Source of the DNA: an uncultured Gammaproteobacteria bacterium
GTDB lineage: Bacteria; Pseudomonadota; Gammaproteobacteria; Steroidobacterales; Rariloculaceae
NCBI GenBank assembly: GCA_963728995.1
Contig: CAVSMD010000001.1
Span: 244,358-308,357 of the forward strand
Direction: 5' to 3'
DNA length: 64,000 bases
Within the stretch, counting starts at the first letter, position 1, and each line of letters starts with the position of its first letter. The translations under genes and the position numbers were made by a program. The notes below the pieces were generated by a model. It was given only the letters and a program-made list of their open reading frames with translations. It did no database searches and had not been told where the DNA came from. Positions 52,344 to 60,900 of the stretch are shown in pieces.

Positions 52344-53642
52344 ATGGCCACGATTCCGCGGTCGGACTGGCGCCTGATCTTGCTCGCGAGCTTGGGCGGC
52401 GCGCTCGAGTTCTACGACTTCGTGGTCTACAGCCAGTTCGCGCAGTACATCGGCAGAAGCTTCTTTCCGAACGAGGACGCCATGGTGTCGCTCGTCGTGT
52501 CGTTCAGCGTGTTCGCGGTGGGCTATCTGGCGCGGCCCATTGGCGGCCTGTTCTTCAGTCACATGGGCGATCGGATCGGCCGGCGGCGCGTGCTGATCAT
52601 CACCATCCTCACGATGTCGGCCGCCACCACGGCGATCGGCCTGCTGCCGACCTACGCGCAGTGGGGCGTGACGGCCTCGATCGCGCTCGTGCTGCTGCGC
52701 ATCGTGCAGGGCTTCTGTCTCGGCGGCGAGCTGCCGGGCGCGATCTCGTACGTCGTCGAGACGGCGCCGCGGCGCTTCGGCTTCTCGGTGGGCGTCGTGT
52801 TCTGCTGCGTGAACTCCGGCGTGCTGCTGGCCGCACTGTTGAACCTGGTGGTTCACGAGACGCTCACGGTCGAGCAGATCGGCGCCTGGGGCTGGCGGAT
52901 CGGCTTCCTCGTGGGCGGCGCGTTCGGGCTGGTGAGCTTCCTGCTGCGCCTCACGCTCGAGGAGAGCAAGGAGTTCGCGCGGATCCGCAGCGTGGCCAAG
53001 CGCTCGGTCGTGCCGTTCGCCGAGCTGATGCGCGACTTCCCCATGGCCGCGATCGTGGGCGTCGGCATTCTCGCGGTCACGGCCGGCTTCAACGGCCTGC
53101 TGTTCGCGATGCCGGCGTTCCTGCCGCAGACGATGGGCTATGCCGCCGTGGATGCGATTCTGGCGCAGAACGTGGCGCTCGTGATCCTGTCGATCGGGCT
53201 GCTCGCCGTGGCATGGCTCAGTGACTTCGTCTCGCGCAAGACACTCACGCTGGTCGGCACGGGCCTCGCGATCCTGCTGTCGCTGCCGTTTTTCGAGGCC
53301 GCGCAAGCGCACAGCGTGAACCTGATCGTGCTGTTCGCGCTCGTCGGGCTCGTGGCTTCGATCTACAACGGCACGGTCATCGGCGTCGTGGCGGATCTCT
53401 TTCCGACGCGGATTCGCTTCTCCGGCGTCGCGTTCAGCTGGAACATGGCGTTCACGTTCCTGAGCGGTCTCGCGCCGGTCGGCGCCGCGCTGCTCGCACG
53501 CCAGACCGGCGTGCCGGCGAACGCCGCATACATCATGATCGGCTGCGCGCTGCTGAGCTTCATCGCAGCACTCGTGATACGGCGCTACGACGGCCAGATC
53601 GCCGCGGAGCTCTCGAATCGATCGATGGAAGATATCCGATGA
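52344..53642 (+). CDS. MFS transporter, metabolite:H+ symporter (MHS) type
   Basis: LEFYDFVVYSQFA, GDRIGRRRVLI and 12 TM helices. 432 aa, uninterrupted. Confidence 0.85.
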   Translation: MATIPRSDWRLILLASLGGALEFYDFVVYSQFAQYIGRSFFPNEDAMVSLVVSFSVFAVGYLARPIGGLFFSHMGDRIGRRRVLIITILTMSAATTAIGLLPTYAQWGVTASIALVLLRIVQGFCLGGELPGAISYVVETAPRRFGFSVGVVFCCVNSGVLLAALLNLVVHETLTVEQIGAWGWRIGFLVGGAFGLVSFLLRLTLEESKEFARIRSVAKRSVVPFAELMRDFPMAAIVGVGILAVTAGFNGLLFAMPAFLPQTMGYAAVDAILAQNVALVILSIGLLAVAWLSDFVSRKTLTLVGTGLAILLSLPFFEAAQAHSVNLIVLFALVGLVASIYNGTVIGVVADLFPTRIRFSGVAFSWNMAFTFLSGLAPVGAALLARQTGVPANAAYIMIGCALLSFIAALVIRRYDGQIAAELSNRSMEDIR

Positions 53643-54490
53643 ATCGCGCGACATTCTTACTCTTGATCGGATGGATGGGATCGTCGTGGTCGATTTCGTT
53701 ATCGGCCCAGGAGCGTGCGACGGAACCACTCCGCTTCGAGTCGGCGACGGTCATGGTGGTGGATCCTGGCACGCCGCAACGCCGCGGGATTCCGCCCGTC
53801 GATCCAGAGCGGCTCTCGCTGCAGGGCATGACGCTGACGTGGCTCGTGTACACGGCCTACGAAGAGGGGATGGGCACGCAGTGGAAGGTGCAAGGCGGGC
53901 CGGAGTGGACCGACACGACCAAGTTTTCCGTCGCGGCGCAGGCTCCGCAGCCGTCGAGCACGCATGAGCTGCGGATGATGCTGCGGACGTTGTTGGCCGA
54001 GCGGTTCGCGTTGAAAGTAAGGGAAGAGACGGCAGAGCCGGAGGTCTACCTTCTGTATCTCGACCGGAGCGACGGCACGCTGGGGCCGAATATCCGTGAG
54101 TGGGACGGCACGTGCGTGACCGGACAGCCACCGACGAGCGACGACGATCCCTACATTCCGCGCTGCACCAGCGGGTTCGGCGGGCCGGGATTCATCGTGG
54201 ACGGCGGGACGATGTTCGTGGCCGGCGACCTGTTGTCGCTGCCGCCATCGTGGGGGTTCTTGGGCGGGAAAATGGTGGAGGATCGGACGGGGCTCACGGG
54301 CCGCTACTCGATGCGGCTTCAGTTCAAGTTCGGTCCGTGGGCGCGGGCCGTGCGGTCGCCGGATCCGGACGAGACCTCGAAGGCGCTGATCGAGGCCGTG
54401 CGGGATCAGTGGGGAATGCGGATCGAGAAGGGCAAGGGCGTGCTGCACGTGGTGCAGATAGAGCACGCGGAGATGCCGCCGGAAAATTAG
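53639..54490 (+). CDS. TIGR03435 (DUF3738) family protein
   Basis: The ATG overlaps the MFS stop (ATGA). The motifs FESATV, MTLTWLVYTAY, GGPEW, MLRTLLAERFALKV and PEVYLLY fit the Acidobacteria-expanded family as I recall it. Confidence 0.65.
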   Translation: MNRATFLLLIGWMGSSWSISLSAQERATEPLRFESATVMVVDPGTPQRRGIPPVDPERLSLQGMTLTWLVYTAYEEGMGTQWKVQGGPEWTDTTKFSVAAQAPQPSSTHELRMMLRTLLAERFALKVREETAEPEVYLLYLDRSDGTLGPNIREWDGTCVTGQPPTSDDDPYIPRCTSGFGGPGFIVDGGTMFVAGDLLSLPPSWGFLGGKMVEDRTGLTGRYSMRLQFKFGPWARAVRSPDPDETSKALIEAVRDQWGMRIEKGKGVLHVVQIEHAEMPPEN

Positions 54491-54530
54491 CGCGGCAAAA
54501 CCGGGATACGTCACCCCCGAGCTCTGTCGC

Positions 54531-54680
54531 GACTAGCAGGCCGTTGAAAAGCCTCTGGCGGCGCGCTGCGGCGTCGAAAATCGAGTCGAAATGCTCACGT
54601 ACTGCCGTGTACGCTGCGCTTTCGAATCGCTTTTCGCCTTGCATCGCTCCACCAGAGCCTTTTTCAACGGCCTGCTAGTC
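54531..54680. repeat. 150-bp MITE-like element with 28/29-bp terminal inverted repeats
   Basis: The left arm is gactagcaggccgttgaaaagcctctgg (54531-54558). The right arm is ccagagcctttttcaacggcctgctagtc (54652-54680). They are reverse complements with 1 mismatch and 1 indel. The interior is also partly self-complementary (tcgaaaatcgagtcgaaatgc vs gctttcgaatcgcttttcg). Confidence 0.5.
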
Positions 54681-55004
54681 TGCGAGGCCCATCACGAACG
54701 CCAAAACCACGTTGAGTCGCGCGATATCCCCCTCATCGAGGCGACCCAACTGCCGGCCGATTCGCTCGCGTCGAATCGTGACTGGCTTGTCGGTCATCAC
54801 CTGTGATCGCGTGCGTAGACCGTTTCCTCTGGTCGGCTCGATGGTGACGCGAAACTCTGGAGCATCGCTGAGTTCCGACGTCATCTGGCAAACGACCACG
54901 GACGCGTGCTCAACGGGCAGAGCGTCGGTCTGGACGATCACGGCTGGCCGCGGCTTGCCGTAGTCGCCGGCCGCGGCCACGGTGACGACATCACCTCGCC
55001 TCAC
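54675..55004 (-). CDS. mazF: type II toxin, MazF/PemK family endoribonuclease
   Basis: MRRGDVVTV..YGKPRPAVIVQTD..RSQVMTDKPVTI is the PemK signature. 109 aa. Confidence 0.85.
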   Translation of the reverse strand: MRRGDVVTVAAAGDYGKPRPAVIVQTDALPVEHASVVVCQMTSELSDAPEFRVTIEPTRGNGLRTRSQVMTDKPVTIRRERIGRQLGRLDEGDIARLNVVLAFVMGLAD

Positions 55005-55204
55005 GGCTTGTCGAATTCAGAGACCGCTTCGATCCACCGCAGGGCTTCGAGCTCGCTGTTCGGATCCAGACGGGCCACTGCCTTGGCTACCCGCCGGCGT
55101 ACTGCCTTCGATCGCGCATCCGGCACGACCAGACGCAGCTCTCTAAGCCCGCGCGCGCGCCGCCGCTCACGCATCGCCTTCATCCTGTCCGCTGCTCGTG
55201 CCAC
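55001..55204 (-). CDS. mazE: antitoxin, MazE-like (DUF3018-type)
   Basis: RMKAMRERRRARGLRELRLVVPD core. The stop overlaps the mazF start. GTG 55204 has GAGG 7 nt upstream, and ATG 55183 is an alternative start. Confidence 0.7.
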   Translation of the reverse strand: MARAADRMKAMRERRRARGLRELRLVVPDARSKAVRRRVAKAVARLDPNSELEALRWIEAVSEFDKP

Positions 55205-55218
55205 GTTCGCACCTCGTC

Positions 55219-55245
55219 GTAACGCGTTACACTGTAACGCGTTAC
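55219..55245. promoter_or_regulatory. tandem 12-bp palindromes GTAACGCGTTAC x2 (candidate mazEF operator)
   Basis: Perfect copies at 55219-55230 and 55234-55245, spaced 15 bp centre to centre, immediately upstream of the antitoxin start. Confidence 0.5.
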
Positions 55246-55464
55246 GGTCAGACCCGCAAATTGCTGCGGCCGGAAGGTCGATTCGACGGCAAGGCGCGCA
55301 TGGCCCGCGTTTCGCGTCGGGCTGAGCGGCTACCGCGGGGCCGCCGATGGTGATATCGCACGTGGAGGCCACGATGAGACTGTCAGCACTAGTCGGAATG
55401 TTAGCGTTTCTTCCTTTCGCGGCTGGATCGGAGGGGCGCTAGACGGGCGGGCGTTGCTCGGCGC

Positions 55465-56546
55465 TCAATCGGCTGCGAATTCGACGAGCATGCCCGCGAT
55501 GTTCCCCGCGGCGAGACCCGGACCGACGCCCCAGTTGAACTCCGCCGCGAGGGCCTGAGCAATCTCGCTCTGCGACTTATGCGCATGCACGAGCTCCTCG
55601 GCGCGTGTGCGAATCGCCGCCATCTTCGCGCGGTGCGCGAGGAACTGCGCCTTCGTGAGCACCGGGCCGTGCCCCGCAATCATGACGTCGAAGTCGAGCT
55701 CCGCGAGCGCGTCGAGGCTTCTGACCATGTCGGTCCAGCTGCCGCCGTCGGCGTAGTTCGTGACCTGCGGAATCGAGTCGGGTGTCGCGACGAGATCGCC
55801 GGCGACGACGACGCGCGCGTCGGGCAGATACACGACCGTGTCGCCGCTCGTGTGGCCGCAAAACTCGAGGAGCTCGATGCGCTTGCCGCCGAGCACGATC
55901 TCGGCGTGCCCGTCGTAACCCACCTGTGGCAGGCCCGGCTCGCCGACGCCGCCCATGCGCTGGCGGTCGGCGGCCGACATGATCACCGTCGCGCCGAGTG
56001 CGCGCAGCTGCGCGGCACCGGCACTGTGGTCGGCGTGATTGTGAGTCAGCACGACGTACGCAATCGGCGCGTCCGTGAGCGATCGCACCTTCGCGATCAG
56101 GTCGTCGTGCATGCGCTCGTTCTTCGAATCGACGAGCACTACGCCGCCGTCGGTGAGGTAGATTCCGACGTTGCCGCCGAAGAGCGGGATGTCGGGAATC
56201 ACCGCATCGTTGACGTTGACGATGGCATAGACGTCGTCGCGTACCTTGACGAGCTTCGTGGCTTCCGCGGGCGTGAGGTTCGACGCAAACGGCGGCGGGC
56301 CCTGTCCGGCGCCCGGACCTCCGGCCCCGCGCCCGGTGGCGGCCCTTGCCCGGGCCCTCGTGCAGGCGCCGCGCCCGGCCCGGGTGCGCCGGCAGATGCG
56401 GGCACGGTCACGCTGCGCGTGCACGCAGCGCCGATGCTGCGGCCCATGGGCAGGGGGCCCTCCTGAGCCGCGAGGCTCGACGCCAGCAAGATCGATCCCA
56501 ACGCACCCGCGGCGACACTGGCTAAGCAACGGTATTCAGATCGCAT
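55465..56546 (-). CDS. secreted MBL-fold metallo-hydrolase, disrupted as read
   Basis: Signal MRSEYRCLASVAAGALGSILLASSLAA, a Gly/Pro-rich linker, then LTHNHADHSAG, CGHTSGD and AGHG. One frame change lies in the G/P linker at ~56300. Confidence 0.8.
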
Positions 56547-56665
56547 CGCTGGCTCCTTGGAACGGCGTTCGCGGTCACCGGCCTCTGCTGCGCCGGATTT
56601 CTGGTGGCGCGCGTTCGGTCACGCTTTGGGCGAGTCACCACTCTGGGCACAACGAGCCCGGCGGA

Positions 56666-57661
56666 TTACTTCTGCGGCTCGGGCTCCGCTTTGCCGACGC
56701 CGGCCGCGCGATCGCGGAACTGGTTGAACAGCGACTCGTCGCTCGGCACGCAGCGGTCTTCGAGCAGGCCGGACCATCCGCCAATGGCCATCGCCTCCTT
56801 CGGGATCAGCGCCCACACCTTGGGGCTGCTCTCCCACGGCGCGGTGTAGTTGACGGGGTCCGTCAGCTTCAGCCGTGCGCGGAGCCGATTCGGGCTCGGG
56901 CGATCCCAGCGCTCCTCGAGCACGGCCTGGTCGCTGATCGGAAAGCCGAACTGATCGAGCCACTGGCGGTCGTCGAACCCGACCGAGGTGACGACGAGCG
57001 TGTCGCCCTCCCACTTGCCGACCGAATAGCCGTTGAAGCGCGGCAGGTAGTCGTCCACCTTCGGCAGCTTGCGCCCGTCCATCCAGATGTCGCGGAACTC
57101 CCAGGTCCACTCGAAGAGCTGCAGAATGCGGTCCTTCGTCTGCACCATTTCCATGTTCGCGCCGCCGCCCGAGAACGTGATCAAGCGCGCGAGCCCGAGC
57201 GGCTCGCAGCGCATCTCGGGGTCGTTGCCGAAGGCCGGCAGCACCGCGCGGCGGAAGCCGATGTCGAGGTCCGGGCGCTTGCGCGCCGCCTCGCTGCCGA
57301 GCTCGAGGCCGCGCGCGGGCTTGTTGAGGTTGAAGCGCCGCTCGCCCTCGGCCGTGCGCGGCGGCGGGGTCCCAAAGAAGCCATAGTTCGGGAAGAGGCC
57401 AGCCGGGGAATCGTTGCACTCGGGGCAGGCCGGCTGACCGAGCTGCTGAGGGGACCGGCTCCAGAGGCCGCTGAAATCGTGCTTGTCGTACGCGCGCGTG
57501 TCGGTGTCGGACGGGCCGACGCCGCCGGGGCGCGCATCGCTTCGCTGAGCCGCCGCTTCCTCGGCGGTCGCCAATAGCCCGGCGGCGGCGAGTAGCGCCA
57601 CGAGAGCCAAGAACTGCCGAGGTCTCGCGCCTTTGCCCATCGTCGTGTGCGTGTTGCTCAT
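56666..57661 (-). CDS. WEGDTLV-family secreted protein
   Basis: ATG 57661 follows GGGAGGAA. It has a signal peptide. Motifs: MRCEPLGLA, IWMDGRK, GKWEGDTLVVTSVGF and DRCVPSDE. Confidence 0.8.
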   Translation of the reverse strand: MSNTHTTMGKGARPRQFLALVALLAAAGLLATAEEAAAQRSDARPGGVGPSDTDTRAYDKHDFSGLWSRSPQQLGQPACPECNDSPAGLFPNYGFFGTPPPRTAEGERRFNLNKPARGLELGSEAARKRPDLDIGFRRAVLPAFGNDPEMRCEPLGLARLITFSGGGANMEMVQTKDRILQLFEWTWEFRDIWMDGRKLPKVDDYLPRFNGYSVGKWEGDTLVVTSVGFDDRQWLDQFGFPISDQAVLEERWDRPSPNRLRARLKLTDPVNYTAPWESSPKVWALIPKEAMAIGGWSGLLEDRCVPSDESLFNQFRDRAAGVGKAEPEPQK

Positions 57662-57747
57662 CGTTCCTCCCCCCGCGGGCACTGCTCGGCCGCGTTCGCG
57701 GAGCGCCCGCTGTCGCGCCTGGCCTTGCCGTTATAGTCCGCTCGCCG

Positions 57748-58252
57748 CTACTGGCTCTGCTGTCCCGGCAGCACCACGTCGCCCTCGGGCTGCAGGCCGC
57801 CCGGCTTGCCGTCCAGATCGACGCCCCTGAGATCGCGGCCCGCGCCCGCGACGGTTTGCCCGCTTTCGTCCTCGATCTTCATGACGATCGCGCTGAAGCC
57901 GCCGGCGCGCGCGGTCGCGAGGTAGAGCTTCACGCGGGCCCCCGGGCGCAACGCGTCCAACGTGCGACCCTTCGTCCACCCTTGGCGCGCCATCATCGAA
58001 GGGTTCGTGAGGAGCTCGGCGGCCCAGTGCTCGACCTTGCCGCCGTCGACCTTGCGGTCGAAGGTCATCGTCGGGTGCGGGTTCATGTAATTGAACCCCG
58101 TGACGGTGACCCAGGTGGTCCAGAGCCTCGTCGTGTCGTACGAGATGCTGCTGCCGTGATGCGCCGAGACGGAGCCCACCATCAAAACGAGCCCCGCGAC
58201 GAGCGCGCAGAACTTGTCCGCCCGTCGTCGATCTCCTACGTGTGTTGTTCAT
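57748..58252 (-). CDS. AHHS/NPH small secreted protein (DUF6152-like), N-terminal frameshift as read
   Basis: ..DKFCALVAGLVLMVGSVSA|HHGSSISYD, followed by VTGFNYMNPHPTMTF. The ATG at 58252 (MNNT..) is in another frame, so one indel lies at ~58215-58235. Confidence 0.7.
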
Positions 58253-58289
58253 CGTCGCCACCCCTTCGCGTCCGAACGCGTCGAAACCT

Positions 58290-60041
58290 TCACTTCCCGC
58301 CCAAGCTCCGAAACGCGGCCTCGACGAACATCGCGCTCGTCCAGGGTCCGCCCTCGCCGCCGAACACGCCGTCGTACTCGAGCGTCGGCCGGCTCTGCGT
58401 GAGCTGGCGCAGCGACTTGCTCCCGTCGACCGCGCTCTTCACGCGATCTCTGACGATGACCGTCATGTCGCGGTACTCGGCGACGTCGGCCTCGTCGTAG
58501 AGGCGCCCATGACCCGGAATCACGATCGTGCCGCCCTGACCGCGCGTCTCGGCCACCGTGATGTCGAGGATCCGATTCAGCGCGTCGATCAAGCCGTTGA
58601 CCGAGCCGCCTTGGGCCGCGTCGAAGCTCGGCAAGCTTTGCGTCGAGATCACGTCCCCGGCGCTCACCACGTCGGAGCCGCGAAAGAACACGATCGAGTC
58701 GCCGTCCGTGTGCGCGGCCGGCGCGTGGATGATCTCGATCGGCTCGCCGTTGAAATAGATCGTCTTCGAGTCGCCGAAGAACGTGTCCATGACGAGCTTG
58801 CCGGCTTCGGCGTTCGACTCGGCGAGGCGCAGGCCGACGTTCTCGTGCGCCAGGATGGCGGCGCGCTGCAGCGGCTCCTCCGAGAGCACCACGTTGCCGC
58901 CCGTGTGATCGGCGTGCCAATGCGTGTTGATGACGTAGCGGATCGGCTGATCACCGGCGATCTTGCGGATCTCCTCGCGAACACGCGGCGCCTTCTCGGC
59001 CGTGCCGGTGTCCACGACGAGCACGCCCTCGTCGCCGACTTGAACCGTGACGTTGCCGCCCGCGCCCGTGATGAGCCAGATGCGGCCTCTCACGTGCATC
59101 GAGCGCACCTCGTCGGCGGCCGCCGCGCGCGGCGGCACGACGGCCGGTGCCGCGCGCACGCCGCGGCCGTCTTCGCGCGCGAGCCGCGCGGCGAATTCCG
59201 GATACATCGTGGCGCCGCCGGCTTCCATCGCCCAGCGCGGGATGCGGTACTTCGCCGAGAACTCGTCGAGCAACTCGTTCTCGCCGGGCAGGTAGTGCGG
59301 AACGTGGTGCTTGTCGGCCGTGGTTTCCTCCGCCGGAAAGCACTTGTAGAAGATCGGGCCGTCGTTGCGCTGCAGCGGGAACCCGATGACGGGCGGCGGC
59401 CGCCGATTCAGCACGTACTCCGTGGTCCGTACGAACGGCTCCGCGAGATAGACGGGGTCGTCGACGACGGTGGTGACGAGCAGGTAGTCGTCGAAGCGCG
59501 TGTAGTACTCCGTCATCCGCGCGCGCTCGCTCGTCGGAGTGCCGTTACGCCTGAGCCAGCCGAGCTTCATGTGGCTCGTCTCGACGACCAACGTGTCGCC
59601 TTCCCAGTGCCCGGTCGAGAAGCCGTTGAACGTGTGCAGCGCTTCCTCGGGCGGCGGTTGCCGGCCGTCCAGCCAGACGACGCGGTCCAAGCCAAACGTG
59701 CCGTCGAGCCTTATCCCGATCACGACGCGCCGGATCCGGTCGTACACCTTGTTTACGCTGAGCGTGTCCGGGCCCCAGGTCTGATACGCAGCCGGATGCG
59801 GGGTGCACTGATGCTCGGGCACGCTGAGCCACGATCCCGAGTAGGTTTCGGCTTTGCGCAGCCCCGCTTCATTGAGCGGCAGGCCGAGGTAATCGCCGAT
59901 TTCCGGGCCGCCGCCGCGATCGGTGATGTCCTCCTGGCCGAACACGCCCGGATGGTCCCATTCGCCGGAGAAGTCCACTTGGGCGAGCGCCGCGAGGCTC
60001 GGCAGAGTGGCGAGGAGTGCATAAAGGGCAAACCGCTTCAT
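58290..60041 (-). CDS. secreted fusion protein: WEGDTLV-family domain + MBL-fold metallo-hydrolase
   Basis: 583 aa, uninterrupted. Signal MKRFALYALLATLPSLAALA. The N-terminal half carries HQCTPHP, VWLDGRQ, GHWEGDTLVVETSHM and YKCFPAEE. The C-terminal half carries INTHWHADHTGGN, HTDGD and PGHG. Confidence 0.85.
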   Translation of the reverse strand: MKRFALYALLATLPSLAALAQVDFSGEWDHPGVFGQEDITDRGGGPEIGDYLGLPLNEAGLRKAETYSGSWLSVPEHQCTPHPAAYQTWGPDTLSVNKVYDRIRRVVIGIRLDGTFGLDRVVWLDGRQPPPEEALHTFNGFSTGHWEGDTLVVETSHMKLGWLRRNGTPTSERARMTEYYTRFDDYLLVTTVVDDPVYLAEPFVRTTEYVLNRRPPPVIGFPLQRNDGPIFYKCFPAEETTADKHHVPHYLPGENELLDEFSAKYRIPRWAMEAGGATMYPEFAARLAREDGRGVRAAPAVVPPRAAAADEVRSMHVRGRIWLITGAGGNVTVQVGDEGVLVVDTGTAEKAPRVREEIRKIAGDQPIRYVINTHWHADHTGGNVVLSEEPLQRAAILAHENVGLRLAESNAEAGKLVMDTFFGDSKTIYFNGEPIEIIHAPAAHTDGDSIVFFRGSDVVSAGDVISTQSLPSFDAAQGGSVNGLIDALNRILDITVAETRGQGGTIVIPGHGRLYDEADVAEYRDMTVIVRDRVKSAVDGSKSLRQLTQSRPTLEYDGVFGGEGGPWTSAMFVEAAFRSLGGK

Positions 60042-60045
60042 CGTC

Positions 60046-60900
60046 TTACTCCGCGACAGGCGCGCGCGGCGGCGCCGTGCTGCAAGGCGTGGGATTCCAC
60101 TTCGCCGCGTCGGGCTCGCGTTTGAACTGCGACGACGTGATGAAATCGCCCGCTAGATAGGCGGGGTCGTGCACGACCGTGAGCACCGTCAGGTAATCGT
60201 TGCCGACCGCGGAGAACCGCGAGAAGTACTCGGTCAAGAGGGCGTTTTCGCTGTACGGAATGCCGTTCTTGCGCAGATACCCCGCGCGCAGATTGGTCGT
60301 GACGACTTTGAGCGCGCCCTTCGGCGGGGCGCCCGCTTGCGTCGGCACCGCGGCGCCGGCCGCGATCGCCGCGAGCGGATTGAAGCCGCCGAGCGGGTGC
60401 GTCCACTCGGCCGTCGAGAATCCCTGCCAGGAGCGCTCGGCGCTCGCCGGCGCATTCGGCGCGGCATTCGCCGCGAAATGGAACAGGCGCGTCTGCTGAC
60501 CCGCGTCGGTTTCGATCTTGAGCGTCTCGTCGTCCTGCCAGGTGACGTGCAACCGCAGCGGCATGCGCATCAGCGCCGCGGCCCCGAACGGCCGGCACGC
60601 CTCGCCGTTCGCCGCATCGCGCTCCGGATCCCATTCGGCGGCCACGCGCCGACCCGCCGGATTCAGCGGCACGCTCGTCGCATCGCCCTTCGGCGCAGTG
60701 ATCATGCGCCAGGCCCAGTCTTCCGTGACCAACGCCACCCAGTAGCCCGTGAGATCGACCTGTGCCGACTCGCGCGGCGATTTCGGCGGGGCGGGCGGCC
60801 TGCCCGGGGGGCCGGGCTGCGCGAGCGCGACGCCGCCGACGCAGGTCAGCGCGAGCACCGCGGCCGCGCGCGGCCAGACTCTCGACATCGTCGCGTGCAT
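60046..60900 (-). CDS. divergent WEGDTLV-family secreted protein
   Basis: Start at MHATMSRVWPRAAAVLALTCVGGVALA (the ATG overlaps the upstream stop). EACRPFGAA. LRAGYLRKNGIPYSENALLTEYFSRF..DYLTVLTVVHDPAYLA aligns with LGWLRRNGTPTSERARMTEYYTRFDDYLLVTTVVDDPVYLA of the 58290 product. The GDTLV motif itself is degenerate (GALKVVTT). Confidence 0.7.
   Translation of the reverse strand: MHATMSRVWPRAAAVLALTCVGGVALAQPGPPGRPPAPPKSPRESAQVDLTGYWVALVTEDWAWRMITAPKGDATSVPLNPAGRRVAAEWDPERDAANGEACRPFGAAALMRMPLRLHVTWQDDETLKIETDAGQQTRLFHFAANAAPNAPASAERSWQGFSTAEWTHPLGGFNPLAAIAAGAAVPTQAGAPPKGALKVVTTNLRAGYLRKNGIPYSENALLTEYFSRFSAVGNDYLTVLTVVHDPAYLAGDFITSSQFKREPDAAKWNPTPCSTAPPRAPVAE

Noticed and set aside
51075-53729. 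884-aa minus-strand ORF.
   Set aside because: It is antisense to two well-supported plus-strand genes, the NHL propeller and the MHS transporter. Its composition is R/A/E/H-rich with no motifs. It is a GC-driven artefact.
55219-55245. Possibility that the repeated GTAACGCGTTAC units are a CRISPR or tandem-repeat array.
   Set aside because: There are only two copies with a 3-nt spacer and no cas genes. This fits a toxin-antitoxin operator.
55374-55442. 22-codon ORF (MRLSALVGMLAFLPFAAGSEGR) with GGAGG 7 nt upstream, in the gap between the mazEF operator and the MBL gene.
   Set aside because: It looks like a signal-peptide remnant of a truncated gene. It is too short and has no conservation evidence. 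It can only be kept as a possible gene fragment or small peptide.
56280-56420. GC-extreme low-complexity DNA (GGCCC/CCGG-rich) that might be a repeat element.
   Set aside because: It encodes the Gly/Pro-rich linker between the signal peptide and catalytic domain of the MBL hydrolase (..GAPGPGAAPARGPGQGPPPG..). It also hosts one of the indels, and it is not a separate feature.
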